DNA of 64,000 nucleotides from Candidatus Obscuribacteraceae bacterium (GCA_044229845.1 JBGASG010000005.1:128001-192000), one strand, 5' to 3'; shown: positions 18,419 to 28,150, numbered from the stretch's first letter. Program-made: numbers and translations. The notes: generated by a model from the sequence alone, not told the origin.

Positions 18419-18502
18419 TTCGTCATCACCGGTCCTAGCCGGCATGTCAACCTCTACTTTCATATTAAACTCTTCTGGCTTGGCACACAAAGGGGAAAAC
18501 CC

Positions 18503-19195
18503 ATGAAAGCACCAATTCTGATTGTCGCTCTGAGCGCTCCGCCGGACAAAGAAGCCGACTTCAACGAGTTCTATCAGCATCAGTTTTTGCCGCGTGTGAT
18601 TGATGAAACGCCGGAGTTTGTCAGGGTGGTGCGCTACGAAGAGTTTGCCGTCGGCGGCACTCTGCGCTGGTACAACAAGCAGTATCTGACCATTTACGAA
18701 CTGTCATCCGAAGATGCCATCGCGGGCTGCGACTCATTCTTTGGCAGACCGGCGGTGGCGGATGTGGTGAAGGAGTTCAGGCGCTGGAAAGACGAGCATC
18801 TGAAAAACTTCAGTCGCATTGCCTACAAGCCCGGTTGGGCACACCGCCGTCAGAGCCAGCTGGCCGGCGCGCCGTGGATGTTTCTCTGGCAACTGGAGAT
18901 GAAACCTGATCTCGATGCCGCATTTCAAACGTGGTATCAAGACGAATACTTGCCGTTGCAAGTGGCGGACATCGGATGGTCAGGCTGCCATCGTTATGAG
19001 AGTGTCGGCAAGGACCCGCTGCGCCACCTCACCATGTTCGAGGCGGCTGACGAAGCGGCGCTGTCGCGCTGTTTGACCGACCTGCGCTCAGCTCACCGCA
19101 TCAGTGAAAACTATCGCTGGCAAGAACGTGTAGAGCCGGCCGTCACCTGGCACGATGCCACCAGTTTTAAACCAGTCTATCGCTGGCCCGACTGA
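18503..19195 (+). CDS. Two-domain EthD/DUF4286-like dimeric alpha-beta barrel protein
   Basis: Duplicated pattern E..FN.FY...FLP...RY...YLT.YE / D..F..WY..EYLP...RY...HLT.FE; AAGGGG RBS. Confidence 0.65.
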   Translation: MKAPILIVALSAPPDKEADFNEFYQHQFLPRVIDETPEFVRVVRYEEFAVGGTLRWYNKQYLTIYELSSEDAIAGCDSFFGRPAVADVVKEFRRWKDEHLKNFSRIAYKPGWAHRRQSQLAGAPWMFLWQLEMKPDLDAAFQTWYQDEYLPLQVADIGWSGCHRYESVGKDPLRHLTMFEAADEAALSRCLTDLRSAHRISENYRWQERVEPAVTWHDATSFKPVYRWPD

Positions 19196-19215
19196 AAATT
19201 CGATCGCTCAATAGA

Positions 19216-20193
19216 TCAGGGCGTCAGGATAATTTTGCCGAAGACATCCCCGGCTTCCAGGGTGGTGTGCGCTTCGGCGGCGCGCGACAGCGGCCAGATA
19301 TCGACGATGCGGCTCTTCAAAAGACCGCTCGCCAGGTAAACATTCAATTTGTCGGCAACCTGACGCAACTCTATGATCGATAGATCTGTAATCGTAAATC
19401 CGTGCGCCGTGATGTTCTTCGTATAGAACGCACCGACAGGAAAAGCGCTGTGGTAACCAATTCCGGATGTGAGTAATATGTTGCCGCGCCGCGTGGTGCA
19501 TTCGACGGCCTGTTCGAGATCAGGAGCCGTAGTCAGATCCCAATAAATATCAACGCCGGTTGGAGCAAACTTTTTCAATGCTCCGCTGATATCAGTTTCG
19601 GATCGATAGTCGATTACCAGATCGGCACCAAGCTTTTTGCACCACTGTTGTTTTTCTTTGTGTCCGGCTGTGACAGCCACTTTCGCGCCATAGCGCTTGG
19701 CGATCTGCATGGCGATGGTGCCGACGTTGCCCGAGCCGCCGTTCAGAAAGAGTTTGTCACCGGGCCTGATATCAGCTTTCAAAAACAATCCAACGATGGC
19801 GGTAGTTGCTGAGTGCAAGACGGCTACGCTGGCTTCGTCCTTTGCCCCTTCGGGCAGGTGATAGAGCAAATCTTGTCCGACGGCGATGATCTCGGCGAAA
19901 GTGCCCTGGCGGCCTTCGTAGCCCTGATTGTTGCACCAGACCCGATCGCCGGGACGAAACTTGTTGACGCCCTTACCTATGTCAAGCACCACCCCTGTCA
20001 TGTCACGACCGATCACAAACGGCGTGGGCAGCTGAATGCGGTACTTCCCCGATCTGATATAGGTATCAATCGGATCGACAGTGACCGTGCGCACTTCGAC
20101 AAGTACATCGTGCTCTCCGAGTGTCGGGTCGGGAAGATCCGAATAGACAATTCTCTCGGGTGGACCACAACTGGTAATGTAGGCGGCTTTCAA
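19216..20193 (-). CDS. NADPH:quinone oxidoreductase (zeta-crystallin/MDR family)
   Basis: DPIDTYIRSG, PFVIGRDMTG, GDRVW, NGGSGNVG and GKIIL motifs. Confidence 0.92.
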   Translation of the reverse strand: MKAAYITSCGPPERIVYSDLPDPTLGEHDVLVEVRTVTVDPIDTYIRSGKYRIQLPTPFVIGRDMTGVVLDIGKGVNKFRPGDRVWCNNQGYEGRQGTFAEIIAVGQDLLYHLPEGAKDEASVAVLHSATTAIVGLFLKADIRPGDKLFLNGGSGNVGTIAMQIAKRYGAKVAVTAGHKEKQQWCKKLGADLVIDYRSETDISGALKKFAPTGVDIYWDLTTAPDLEQAVECTTRRGNILLTSGIGYHSAFPVGAFYTKNITAHGFTITDLSIIELRQVADKLNVYLASGLLKSRIVDIWPLSRAAEAHTTLEAGDVFGKIILTP

Positions 20194-20294
20194 AACCCAA
20201 CACCTTGTCAGCTTGAGCTATAGCAAAGACTTTCGCGTGCCCAGGAATGCCTTCGGACGAGTTGGTGAGAGTATATCGTGTCTTGAGAATGTGC

Positions 20295-20327
20295 AAAAAA
20301 GAAAAACGGGCGGATTAACCGCCCGTT
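20295..20327 (-). terminator. Rho-independent terminator of the DUF4384 gene
   Basis: AACGGGCGG-N5-CCGCCCGTT stem followed by a long U-tract on the minus strand. Confidence 0.85.
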
Positions 20328-20362
20328 CTCCGAATGAGCACCGGAGACTTGTTTTCGTCAGC

Positions 20363-21379
20363 CTACTTTTCTACTTGCAAGGTCAGTTCAAGTTTGTTCT
20401 GATCCAGCTCTGACGAATTTGATACCTTCTGAGTGGACGCTTTCCTCGGCACCACTTCGATGCCCCGCGTTGTGAATACGGCAGAATCGCGCACCATTGC
20501 CACGTATTCGGGCATGGACATTTTTTCCTGCGCTCGGAACGGACCTTGCTTCTGCTGAACCATTGCAACTGTCATCGGAGAGTTGCTCTGGGAGGTCGGA
20601 TAGGCATAGACGAAGATGCGCTCCAGTCCGCCGTTGCCGGAAACGGTGTATTCAAACGGGCTTTCTTCGCCGCCAATCTGAATGTTTTGACCGGCTCTGA
20701 CTTTCCCCTCTTTTTGGATGTCGTTCGGGAAAATCTGCGTCAGGGTGCCCTGAGCGTCGTAGTTATAGACAACCAGGTTACAGTCGACAGACGAGCTGAC
20801 GTTGATGACCATCTTGTCGCCCACTTTATATTTGGGAGTCGTTCCGGCGCGGTCCAACCAGGCATTGATGAACGGTGTCGAGTTGTTGGAAACCTTGACT
20901 ATATCTGAGGATTCTGGCTTTGTGCTGCTGGTGTTGGTCGCGGGCTTGCTGGCGATCACCGGAGTGGCGATGCGCTTGTGGTTTTGCGGATTAGCTTGGG
21001 GTCTGGCGATATGAGGAATCAGCGGAACAGCGACTACATTCAATCCTCGTGGCTGAGTACCCGGGTTCTGATGAATCTGCTTCACATACTGAGTGAGCGT
21101 CTTGGGTGTTGTCGTTTTCGGAACCACTTTCACAGGCGTGACGGGATTTGTCGGTTTGGTCGGAACCAGAGGTGTGGCGGTAATTTTCAAGCCGCGCTCA
21201 TGCGAATCTTTGAGTTCCACCGGTATATCCTTGGCCTTAACCAAGACGTGTTTTGTGCCTTTCTTAGCTGCGGGCGCGGACTTCTTATCAGTGGAATCGG
21301 CCGCCATGGACACCTGGCATGAGGAGGCAATCAATGCTGCCAATCCGCTCAGCACGACTAATCTATTAACGCTTCTCAT
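20363..21379 (-). CDS. Secreted DUF4384-domain protein with Pro/Thr-rich N-terminal region
   Basis: Signal peptide; YKVGDKMVINVSSSVDCNLVVYNYDAQGTLTQIFPN...G.ERIFVYA is the DUF4384-type pattern. Confidence 0.8.
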   Translation of the reverse strand: MRSVNRLVVLSGLAALIASSCQVSMAADSTDKKSAPAAKKGTKHVLVKAKDIPVELKDSHERGLKITATPLVPTKPTNPVTPVKVVPKTTTPKTLTQYVKQIHQNPGTQPRGLNVVAVPLIPHIARPQANPQNHKRIATPVIASKPATNTSSTKPESSDIVKVSNNSTPFINAWLDRAGTTPKYKVGDKMVINVSSSVDCNLVVYNYDAQGTLTQIFPNDIQKEGKVRAGQNIQIGGEESPFEYTVSGNGGLERIFVYAYPTSQSNSPMTVAMVQQKQGPFRAQEKMSMPEYVAMVRDSAVFTTRGIEVVPRKASTQKVSNSSELDQNKLELTLQVEK

Positions 21380-21456
21380 GTGGTGCTCCTTGGAGTCTCG
21401 CTGTCTGGTGTCACAGGGTGATAAACGCCGACCTGGAGAAAATTAGGCGAGCCGGT

Positions 21457-22755
21457 TCACTTTGTTTTTTGAGGAGTCGGCGGCGCTGGGCACTCTGTTA
21501 TTTGATGAATAACATGATTTGGGGCTTCCTGCTCGATTTTTTTAAGCCTTTCGAGCATTTCCGGCCACTTCAGTTTGAGCCGGGACATGTGTTCCTGGGT
21601 TTCATAGTCGTTGACGCTCAGGAGGCTCTCATTCCAGTCTTTGGCCTTTGGGTCATCTGCCGGGAAGACTATTAAGTGCCAATCATCCTTGGATGATGCA
21701 GTAGCCAGAAGGTTAAGACCGCCCAGGGCGTACTTGTCGATCTTCCGGGATTCGCCCTTGTCTATTCTAGGCGATACCGTATACGGAGGGAAAAGGACGT
21801 CCACGTTGTTGTCCTTGTCTACGTTCATTACGTAAACGTAGGCATTCGCGTCGGGCATCAGCGTGAAAACGATCGGTTCATCTTCCTTGTAACCGTGCTG
21901 GGGCTTGTTGAAGCTGAGCTGGACCTGGCTCACCCCTGGTTCCGAAACTGTCCATTTCTGAGCGGCGGGCAGGACCAGAGCCGCGCACACTCCGATGGCG
22001 CCGATAACCATGGCGATCACTGCCGCCACGATGCCCGTGACGACGGGCGATCCAGCGCTGAAGTAGCCGCGCGTTTCTCTCAGACCCAGCTCTCTGAGCG
22101 CATCTACCCAGAGCGCCAGGCGAATGGACGTGGTGGGTAAATTCAGCCCAGGCAGACTGGCTGTGTCTCCGCAGTGGATGGCCACGACGCGATTGCCGGA
22201 GCAAAGCGGTGAACCAGAGTCGCCGGGCGAAAGCGGCAGGTCGTGCAACATGTGGAAATTGTCATGTTTGCGCAGAAGTCCCAAATAACGCCCTTCCTGG
22301 GTCAACGGTTGCAGTGCTGCCGACAACTGCCCCAGGTGGACCGGATAGCGAATGGTGCCCAGGGTCTGGTTGGTTTTCAGGTCGGTCTCGAACGAGAACG
22401 GCAGTGGCTGTACCCGACTTTCCGGGTCGAGCAGGACGACTTCCAGCACCGCCACGTCGAACTTCACAAGACCGTCGGGCTGGCGGACAAAACTGGGATG
22501 CAGGCGGACATTGCGCACCTGGTAGCGATTGCCGGATGCCGGGAAAATGACGTAAAGCATTTGCGGGTTGGGAACGAATCGTTCCACCACATGGCCACAC
22601 GTAACCATGCGATTAGGCGCCGCCAGCCAGGCCTGGCCAAGTAGCACTTCGGTGCCGCCATCTACCTGCACGACTTGTGCCAGGGCGGGACCGCAGGCAT
22701 CTGGATGCTGGGTGATTTCCAGGTTTATCGAACGTGGAGAATTGCTGACAGACAC
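21457..22755 (-). CDS. Trypsin-like serine protease - TM - DUF4384-like domain
   Basis: Catalytic triad TCGHVV / FDVAVL / PGDSGSP; one TM segment; C-terminal YKEDE.I.F......AYVYVMNVD.D..V.VLFP. Confidence 0.82.
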   Translation of the reverse strand: MSVSNSPRSINLEITQHPDACGPALAQVVQVDGGTEVLLGQAWLAAPNRMVTCGHVVERFVPNPQMLYVIFPASGNRYQVRNVRLHPSFVRQPDGLVKFDVAVLEVVLLDPESRVQPLPFSFETDLKTNQTLGTIRYPVHLGQLSAALQPLTQEGRYLGLLRKHDNFHMLHDLPLSPGDSGSPLCSGNRVVAIHCGDTASLPGLNLPTTSIRLALWVDALRELGLRETRGYFSAGSPVVTGIVAAVIAMVIGAIGVCAALVLPAAQKWTVSEPGVSQVQLSFNKPQHGYKEDEPIVFTLMPDANAYVYVMNVDKDNNVDVLFPPYTVSPRIDKGESRKIDKYALGGLNLLATASSKDDWHLIVFPADDPKAKDWNESLLSVNDYETQEHMSRLKLKWPEMLERLKKIEQEAPNHVIHQITECPAPPTPQKTK

Positions 22756-22914
22756 AAGAGCGCTCTTTTGCTGCTAACCACTTTGAACCGCTTTGAATTT
22801 TCCCATATGAAAGCCTTTGCGTGGCAAAGCAGGGCGGCATTTTTGATGTTCGTCCACATTGCCCGACCGCACGCTATTATGGGGTGTCCAAAAAACGCAC
22901 CAGGCTTCGAGTAT

Positions 22915-23919
22915 ATGCGACAGAAGTTGTACGACCACTACTACCGATCACTTGATCTGGAGCCCGGTGCATCCCTTGAAGACATAGACCGGATGTGGCA
23001 TCTGCTTGTTCAGGTCTGGCATCCGGACCGGTTGCCGCCCGGCACAGCGGTTTATCAGCATGCCGTAAAACGCATGCAAGATATAAATGTGGCTCGCGAC
23101 GAATTGCGCGCTTACTGGCAAACCAACGGGCATGCACCGCCGATAGGGTCAACCAGCGGCAGCGCTCCGCCGCCGCGTCCACAGCCTTCTCCAGCATCAG
23201 GCGCGACTGCCTCGCCGCCCCCGCCGCCGGCTGATTCGCCGCCACCAACGGGAAATGAGTCGTCGTCTTCGCAGGCTCCGTCACCACCGGCGGGTCCAGC
23301 CATGCCGGCTTTCGAAAAGACCTGGATTCACCACCTGTACGACTACATGGACGAGCATGCCACCGACTCCAATCCCGGACTGGCGGTAGCCTTCGGCTTC
23401 GTGCTTCTGGTTGCCTCCTTCGGACTGGCGCGTGTGTTGCTCTTGCCCATCTGGCCGATGGATCACGAATACACCAATCAGGACAACATGGCAATTCTCG
23501 TGATTGCCTTTATTATCTTCATGTTCTTGTTTCGGCTCATGTACGCCAGCTACGAAGTCTACAAGCTGCTGGAGAAACCTTTTTTCGAAGCCGTGCACCT
23601 CAGTCCTGATGCGGCTTTGCAACGCATAGTCGCCAGCCTGGAGTCGACGCGTTACAACGACAACGCCTGGACTGTTCGATCAACGGAGGGCGAGGAGAGC
23701 GCCACTGCCGGTGGTGCCCGACTGGTGACTGCCACTATGCAACTGGCGGAGGCGGTCGTCACTTTAAATGCCCATATCTGGCCTTCCCAGCTTGCCGGCT
23801 GGAGCGTCATCGGTCTGGAGTTCGACGCCGACCATCCCTGGCGCATCGCCGCGCCATATGCCCCTGTCAGGGTGACCAACGAAGCGATCATTGCTTCCTT
23901 AAATGCTGCGGCCCGGTGA
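22915..23919 (+). CDS. J-domain protein with Pro-rich linker, two TM helices and C-terminal domain
   Basis: YYRSLDLEPGAS...VWHPDR...MQDINVARDEL. Start uncertain (22879 or 22915). Confidence 0.8.
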   Translation: MRQKLYDHYYRSLDLEPGASLEDIDRMWHLLVQVWHPDRLPPGTAVYQHAVKRMQDINVARDELRAYWQTNGHAPPIGSTSGSAPPPRPQPSPASGATASPPPPPADSPPPTGNESSSSQAPSPPAGPAMPAFEKTWIHHLYDYMDEHATDSNPGLAVAFGFVLLVASFGLARVLLLPIWPMDHEYTNQDNMAILVIAFIIFMFLFRLMYASYEVYKLLEKPFFEAVHLSPDAALQRIVASLESTRYNDNAWTVRSTEGEESATAGGARLVTATMQLAEAVVTLNAHIWPSQLAGWSVIGLEFDADHPWRIAAPYAPVRVTNEAIIASLNAAAR

Positions 23920-23987
23920 TGTTTGGAGCGCCGGACAGGGTACGTCTTAAATAGTCGACTCGTGCAGGAAACGACCACTTCAGCTTC

Positions 23988-25256
23988 ATGCGCAAAGCGT
24001 TCGGAACCACGCCCAGCATCCGCACGTTGACGTTTCATCCAGAAACGCCCGTAGGCACGCTTTTTGTTGTAGATAAAGATGGCGCACGCAACATGGTCGG
24101 TCCGGCTGTCGGCAATATGCAAGTGGCGATTCAGCACGATGCCGGATTGCTGGTCTCCACCGAAGCGTCCAGCAAATTGCAACTGCTTTCTGCGCTCGAG
24201 GAAGATGCACTGCAACTGATCGACCTGGTCTGGTCGCATGTCAACGACCAGGGAATGACCCACGTCGCCCGGCAAAGACTTTTGAAAGAGTTGGCGCTTT
24301 CGCATACGGCGATCGGCGATGCCGGCGTTGACAAGCTCGCCGGACTGTCGCACCTGCACACACTCGATCTCAGTTACACCAAAATTGGTGGCAACGCCAC
24401 TAATGCGCTCAAAGGCATGACGCGTCTGCGCCATTTGAACGTTTCTTCCACGCAAATTGGCGATTTACAGCTGTCCAACATTGTTCAGCTATCCGTGTTG
24501 GAATCGCTCAATCTCAATTACTGCGGCATCACCGACTACGGTATGAAGAAAGTGCCGTTGCTGGAAAATCTAAAAACGTTACGCGTCTCCGGACAAGACA
24601 TAACCGATGAGAGCGCCCTCCACATCAGCTGTCTGGGCAAACTGGAAGAGCTGTGGATTGCCAACACACAAATCACGGGAGTGGGACTGGAAGCCTTTGC
24701 AAATTTGCAAAGGCTCTTGCACCTCAATCTCTGTTACACACCGATCACCGACACCTGCGTGTTTCCTCTGGAGAAACTCTGGCGGTTGGAGACGCTCAAT
24801 CTGGAAGGGACCGCCATCGGCGATGCCGGTGTGGACCGCTTGCAAGAACTGCGCGGACTCAAGTACCTCGATCTGGATTCCACCAACATCACAGACGAGG
24901 GGCTGAAGTCGTTTGCGCGGCTCTTTCAGCTGGAGCAGCTTGATCTGAAAAACACCGAAGTGGGTGATACCGGGATACTTCACTTGAGTTCGCTTGCGAA
25001 CCTGCACACGCTTTATTTGCGAGGCACTAAAGTCACCGACGATTGTTTGCAACAGCTTGAACAAATGCCCTTGCTGCGCGATCTGGACCTCTCGCAGACG
25101 CTGATCACCGATGATGCGGTGCCGATCCTCAGTCGCATGAAATCGCTCATCCAGCTGGATGTGGCCGAAACCGGTATGACACGCAAGGCGCTTAAAGAGT
25201 TGCAAGCGGCTCTTCCGGCTTGCAAACTTTTCGGTGACGACGGCTTCAGCCGCTGA
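23988..25256 (+). CDS. Leucine-rich repeat protein
   Basis: About 13 repeats of 24 aa, LxxLxLxxTxI(T/G)DxGLxxLxxLxx. Confidence 0.92.
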   Translation: MRKAFGTTPSIRTLTFHPETPVGTLFVVDKDGARNMVGPAVGNMQVAIQHDAGLLVSTEASSKLQLLSALEEDALQLIDLVWSHVNDQGMTHVARQRLLKELALSHTAIGDAGVDKLAGLSHLHTLDLSYTKIGGNATNALKGMTRLRHLNVSSTQIGDLQLSNIVQLSVLESLNLNYCGITDYGMKKVPLLENLKTLRVSGQDITDESALHISCLGKLEELWIANTQITGVGLEAFANLQRLLHLNLCYTPITDTCVFPLEKLWRLETLNLEGTAIGDAGVDRLQELRGLKYLDLDSTNITDEGLKSFARLFQLEQLDLKNTEVGDTGILHLSSLANLHTLYLRGTKVTDDCLQQLEQMPLLRDLDLSQTLITDDAVPILSRMKSLIQLDVAETGMTRKALKELQAALPACKLFGDDGFSR

Positions 25257-25339
25257 CAACTCCCGCTCCTCCGTGTGCTTTAATAAGCCAGGTCATTCTC
25301 GCGAATACCGGTTCTCAGCAAACAAACCAGGGCTTCGAA

Positions 25340-26776
25340 TTGCTTTCAAGTTCGACCGAACTGCAAGAAGTATTGCGCTTTGCGCCCGAATGGGAAGTGT
25401 TGCTGCGCAACTGGGACGGCAAGCAGCGCGTCGAGCCGCACGAGTTCTTGACCCGAGTTGGTGCGCAGGCCATTTTTCGCAAGGCGTTGTCTATTAAAGA
25501 CGAACGCCAGCGGTTTGCAGTATTGCTGCGCGATTTCTACTACCAGCCACTGCTCAGCAAGATGTTGAGCGCCAATCAAAACTTGCGGCGCTTCCTCAGC
25601 CAGCGTCGTGTAGCTTCCGAAGAATTGCGCGCACAAACAGTGTCTCTGTCGACCGACATCGCGCAAAAGATGGAAACCACGTTGAACAAGCAGCTGGATG
25701 CAGCCTCTGAAGACGGGTTTAAAGTGCTCTTGCCGGCGTACATACAGCGCACCGTGCACAACGCCGTGGTCGACTACATTCGCAGCGAGTCAAGCTGGGA
25801 ACGCCAGACTCTGCAGGACCTGTATCTCGATCCGCAACAGGAAGATCCGCGCACGGCAGTCGCCGACGACCTCAGCTACTCGCCCGAGCAGCAAGTGCTC
25901 TCGGGAGAACAGGTCGGGCAATTGAATGAATTGCGCAAAAACCTGTCAGCCATGCTCAACGATTCTCGCATCCCCAGAGATCCGCTGGTGGTGGTCGACC
26001 TGATGTTCGGTCTCGGACTTACCGAGCACTCGAAGGTCGGCGAAGAAATGACCATGCGCGAAGTCTGCGATGCGATCGGCATTCAGGCAGAAACTCAGGC
26101 GCGGCGCATCGCACGCTGCCAGGTATTGCTCGATAAAGGCATGGATTTGATCCGCCAGAAGATCTATAGCGACATGCCCGGCATCGCTGATGCGTGGCAG
26201 CGCGGCATCAACATTAATATAGCCTCGCGGCGCGAACTCTCGCAGCAGCTGAGCATGACCGAAGGCGAGATCGAGAGGCTGGTCAAGAACAGGCAGTTCA
26301 TCGCTTTGCTGCAATTGCTCGATCGCATGGTGGTCAAAGAGCCGCGCCTGGAAGAGCTGAAGGAGAAAGGTGCGGTGGCGGCTTTCGTGCCCGTGGACAT
26401 CAACAATGCCACCAACCGCGATATCATGGATATTCTCGGAGTTCCCAAGGAAACGGCGCAGCGGATCGTTTCTGAAAGGCCTTTTTCTTCCTTAGATGAT
26501 CTGGTCGGGAAGAGCCTGGTTCAAAAAACAGATCTAGATGAGCTGGTGCGCCGGGGGGCGGTGGTCCGTAAAGAAACCGCCCACGGAAAACGGTTGGACC
26601 TCAACCGGTCTTCAGCAGATGACATAAAAGGATTGGGCGTCGACGAAACCAACACTTTCATGATCACCAAGGGCCGCCCGTTTACGACCTGGGCGGAACT
26701 GGAGGAATTTCTCGGCGACAGCGACGTTATGGGACTTTTGCGCCAGCGATTCTTTTTAGGTCTGGGGTCCGGCTAA
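25340..26776 (+). CDS. Sigma70-family (ECF-like) factor fused to three ComEA-type helix-hairpin-helix modules
   Basis: Region-2-like AYIQRTVHNAVVDYIR; region-4-like VVDLMFGL...EEMTMREVCDAIGI; three C-terminal repeats (ININIAS, VDINNAT, LDLNRSS), each ending R(Q/P)F. Confidence 0.72.
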   Translation: MLSSSTELQEVLRFAPEWEVLLRNWDGKQRVEPHEFLTRVGAQAIFRKALSIKDERQRFAVLLRDFYYQPLLSKMLSANQNLRRFLSQRRVASEELRAQTVSLSTDIAQKMETTLNKQLDAASEDGFKVLLPAYIQRTVHNAVVDYIRSESSWERQTLQDLYLDPQQEDPRTAVADDLSYSPEQQVLSGEQVGQLNELRKNLSAMLNDSRIPRDPLVVVDLMFGLGLTEHSKVGEEMTMREVCDAIGIQAETQARRIARCQVLLDKGMDLIRQKIYSDMPGIADAWQRGININIASRRELSQQLSMTEGEIERLVKNRQFIALLQLLDRMVVKEPRLEELKEKGAVAAFVPVDINNATNRDIMDILGVPKETAQRIVSERPFSSLDDLVGKSLVQKTDLDELVRRGAVVRKETAHGKRLDLNRSSADDIKGLGVDETNTFMITKGRPFTTWAELEEFLGDSDVMGLLRQRFFLGLGSG

Positions 26777-26860
26777 TTTTCGCCCACCCCCCGTTAGAGC
26801 ATACGTGAGAGGCAAGTGCCGGCGTGTCAGAGGGTCCGGTGCTTCAAGTGGAGAGTAAAC

Positions 26861-28078
26861 ATGACGACTCAAACAGCCATCAGCCCTGAAATCGCCCGTC
26901 TGGCGCAGCGTCGGACCCGGGCTATGGGCGCCTCGCTGGCAGACGAACTGGCACGCGGCATAGCTCAGGAAGCTATCTTCTCCCTCGACCCGGACTTTGG
27001 GTTCATGGTCGATGAGGAAGATGCCTACAGCCAGAACGATGCTCTGATTTCGGCATTTGCCGTCAACGACCTAGTGATTAACGGCAACCGGTTTGATGTA
27101 CGCGTTATAGATGAAGAGAATCGCGTTTCGGTAAGTCGCGCCCTGATTGGTACCCGATATTTCCAGCGCGGCACCCTGGTGGTCCGCATGGAAAGCCCGT
27201 TGTCCGGCAGCATCGTCGGTTTTATCCCGGCAGCTGAATGGCAAAGACTGGACAAAGAAGCCAACGATCAACAAACCATTTATACGAAAGCCGCCTTCTC
27301 GTCTGCATTCGACCTGGCTAAGACCTTGCAAGACATCAGCGAGCAGCCGGCTCCGGCCCTGCAAAGCCCGCCCAAAGCTCCCGAAGCGTTCGAACTGGCT
27401 ACCTTCGTCGCCAACCGTATCGAACTGATTGCCGCTCGTCAGCGCCAGATCGTGGAAGGCACGCTGGCTCGCCCGGAAATCTGGCCGCAACTGGAGAATG
27501 TGGTGGCACACTGGTCGCGCGGACTGTTCCGCCGCGTCCTCTCCAGCGGTGCTGCCTGGAACCAGAGACTCGACCGCATCAGCGAAAAGCTGGGCGCCAA
27601 GTTCAACAAACTGAGCAAAGAAGATGTACGCACCCTGGCCGCCAAGATCGGCGAAGCGTTCGGCGGACAACCGGAATCGTCGGAGTTCCGTCAGGCACTG
27701 CTGGTGGTGCTGACTCGCGAAGAGCTGGCTCGCAGTCTGCCGGCGTCTCTCTTGCAGAAGGCTTCGGCCGCCGCCGAGAGCGTTCTTTCCGGACGCGCTG
27801 TTGCCGATGCCGTCAAGGACGTCTCTAAAAATCGCGTCGCTGTGGACGTCGCCGCCATCATCAAACGCGGTCGCCAGCAAATCTCCGGATTTGTGCAAGC
27901 CTCCGCAGAAGAACTGGCATCGGCTTACACGCAAATGGCTCTGCAACCGGTTTATTCGACGCACAGTCAGGACCCGCAAGCTGGCGTAGAAGCTATCAAC
28001 GAAGCGCTCACCATGCTGGAAGCCGCTGAGCTGGCCGAACGCATCGCCAAGCTGGATGCCGACCTCGCACAACTTTAA
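26861..28078 (+). CDS. Hypothetical protein with N-terminal DUF1822-like region (putative sigma partner)
   Basis: VNDLVINGNRFDVRVI...TLVVRM...GSIVGFIP resembles the DUF1822 pattern (recognised by eye); GGAG RBS before ATG 26861. Confidence 0.55.
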   Translation: MTTQTAISPEIARLAQRRTRAMGASLADELARGIAQEAIFSLDPDFGFMVDEEDAYSQNDALISAFAVNDLVINGNRFDVRVIDEENRVSVSRALIGTRYFQRGTLVVRMESPLSGSIVGFIPAAEWQRLDKEANDQQTIYTKAAFSSAFDLAKTLQDISEQPAPALQSPPKAPEAFELATFVANRIELIAARQRQIVEGTLARPEIWPQLENVVAHWSRGLFRRVLSSGAAWNQRLDRISEKLGAKFNKLSKEDVRTLAAKIGEAFGGQPESSEFRQALLVVLTREELARSLPASLLQKASAAAESVLSGRAVADAVKDVSKNRVAVDVAAIIKRGRQQISGFVQASAEELASAYTQMALQPVYSTHSQDPQAGVEAINEALTMLEAAELAERIAKLDADLAQL

Positions 28079-28105
28079 TTGCACGACCGAGAAAGCGAAT
28101 CGAGT

Positions 28106-28127
28106 AAGGCGGCGCCAGCCGCCTTTT
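28106..28127 (+). terminator. Probable intrinsic terminator
   Basis: AAGGCGGC-gcca-GCCGCCTT followed by TT, 27 nt after the 28078 stop. Confidence 0.6.
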
Positions 28128-28150
28128 CGATTTAGTTGTCACAACTGCTC

